The notes under the pieces were generated by a model, which was given only the letters and a program-made list of their open reading frames with translations, did not search any database and had not been told where the DNA came from. A stretch of 64,000 nucleotides of DNA from Dimorphilus gyrociliatus (lineage: Eukaryota > Animalia > Annelida): contig CAJFCJ010000012.1 in assembly GCA_904063045.1 (NCBI GenBank), positions 1,612,001 through 1,676,000 of the forward strand, read 5' to 3'. Shown in pieces: positions 63,830 through 64,000 of this stretch. The translations under genes were made by a program, and so were the position numbers. Within the stretch, counting starts at the first letter, position 1. The number at the start of each line of letters is the position of its first letter.

Positions 63830-64000
63830 TTTTCAATTTTTTTTATAACTTTTTAAAATGACCAAAACAGCCTCTAGTTCTTTTTTGAGAAGTTTAAGTA
63901 TTATATTATAAAGACTTAGCGATTCAAAGCGATTGAAAACTCCTCGCCCTACAGATGCACTTGAGACGCAAAACACTCAAAAAACATGGTATTACCGGTT

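Noticed and set aside
1-64000. tRNA, rRNA, snRNA, CRISPR arrays, transposons, prokaryotic systems
   Set aside because: No matching motifs seen; the sequence is intron-containing animal DNA. TTG/GTG starts in the ORF track are caller artefacts.

Overview
AT-rich, gene-dense animal (bilaterian invertebrate) genomic DNA with very short introns (mostly about 50-80 nt) and intergenic gaps often under 500 bp. A miniaturised genome such as the annelid Dimorphilus is my guess, not shown by the sequence. The ORF track fragments most genes at introns and misses some entirely. Gene models read by hand, in order: DGCR8/pasha (-, runs off the left edge), MED16 (+), orphan membrane protein (-), B12-dependent methionine synthase MTR (+), unassigned beta-rich protein (-), ZDHHC4-like palmitoyltransferase with a DHYC motif (-), USP16/45 (-), MED22 (+), ATF6 (-), a miR-124 hairpin (+), MRPS28 (-), ZFAND5/6 (+), Na+/K+-ATPase alpha (-), orphan (-), CUB-LDLa-TM receptor (-), FABP/CRABP-family gene (+, absent from the ORF track), orphan (+), MAP1/futsch (-), beta-catenin (+), kinase-less ANK-LRR-Roc-COR Roco protein (-), GPR161-like GPCR (+), about 7.5 kb without recognisable genes, and a spliced 92-aa single-pass membrane protein (-, absent from the ORF track). 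I found no tRNA, rRNA, CRISPR array or recognisable transposon, and no convincing new multi-gene system. The best second-look items are a miR-124 with a compensated substitution, concerted loss of one zinc site in ZDHHC4, a dual-frame exon in DGCR8, a proline-broken alpha-catenin-binding segment in beta-catenin, the kinase-less Roco gene and two hidden small genes.
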